NCBI GenBank assembly: GCA_010672635.1
Contig: JAAHGE010000006.1
Coordinates: 20,519 to 70,707, forward strand
DNA: 50,189 nucleotides
From: Desertifilum sp. SIO1I2
GTDB taxonomy: Bacteria; Cyanobacteriota; Cyanobacteriia; Cyanobacteriales; Desertifilaceae
Reading direction: 5' to 3'
The notes under the pieces were generated by a model. It was not told the DNA's origin. It was given only the letters and a program-made list of their open reading frames with translations, and ran no database searches. Below are positions 50,076 to 50,189 of the stretch, piece after piece. The first letter of the stretch is position 1; every line of letters begins with the position of its first letter. The position numbers and the translations under genes are program-made.

Positions 50076-50189
50076 TATTAAAACCTTTCTCGCTCTGAAT
50101 ACAATTCATAATGAATTACATTTAATTAATCAAAATATTAAGGATAATTTGTAGCAATTTATTTTATTTTGTTCATATTTTTTACTCAT

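Larger units (their letters stand above)
1..50189. repeat. HIP1 octamer GCGATCGC dispersed throughout the window
   Basis: Many exact GCGATCGC copies (e.g. 1036, 1182, 1325, 1469) in coding and non-coding DNA; a hallmark of many cyanobacterial genomes, consistent with psbB/psbT/psbM here. Confidence 0.95.

Overview
Cyanobacterial chromosome window, identified by dense HIP1 GCGATCGC octamers plus psbB/psbT/psbM. It has three parts. (1) 1-7.7 kb accessory region: a probable polymorphic-toxin tail with a coupled membrane gene, a ~144-bp degenerate tandem repeat, an orphan DUF6527-like gene, a clipped ParDE module, and an intact four-gene operon (membrane desaturase, heme-oxygenase-like diiron enzyme, BtaA/DUF3419-like SAM transferase, GNAT-like protein). 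(2) ~8-25.3 kb decaying defence island: 5'-truncated tyrosine recombinase, NfeD pseudogene, IS-truncated NB-ARC/STAND ATPase, two intact IS5-family elements, an SNF2 helicase + PIN toxin-antitoxin + truncated DNA methyltransferase operon (DISARM-like), an internally deleted IS630, and a translationally coupled two-gene operon. (3) 25.3-50 kb mostly core genes: GTPase, cdsA, cbiT, PLP decarboxylase, ychF, proA paralog, tRNA-Gly, nrdR, psbT, psbB, psbM, usp, secA, LysR/SDR. The best candidate for an undescribed system is the two-gene operon. It encodes a highly diverged, apparently non-catalytic MID-PIWI (Argonaute-like) protein and a 1312-aa SF2 helicase with a nuclease-like N-terminus; the fold calls are by-eye inference and need HMM or structure confirmation. 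Several genes are cut at abrupt junctions, two of them with short inverted locally templated fillers. These are either real rearrangements or amplification/assembly chimeras.
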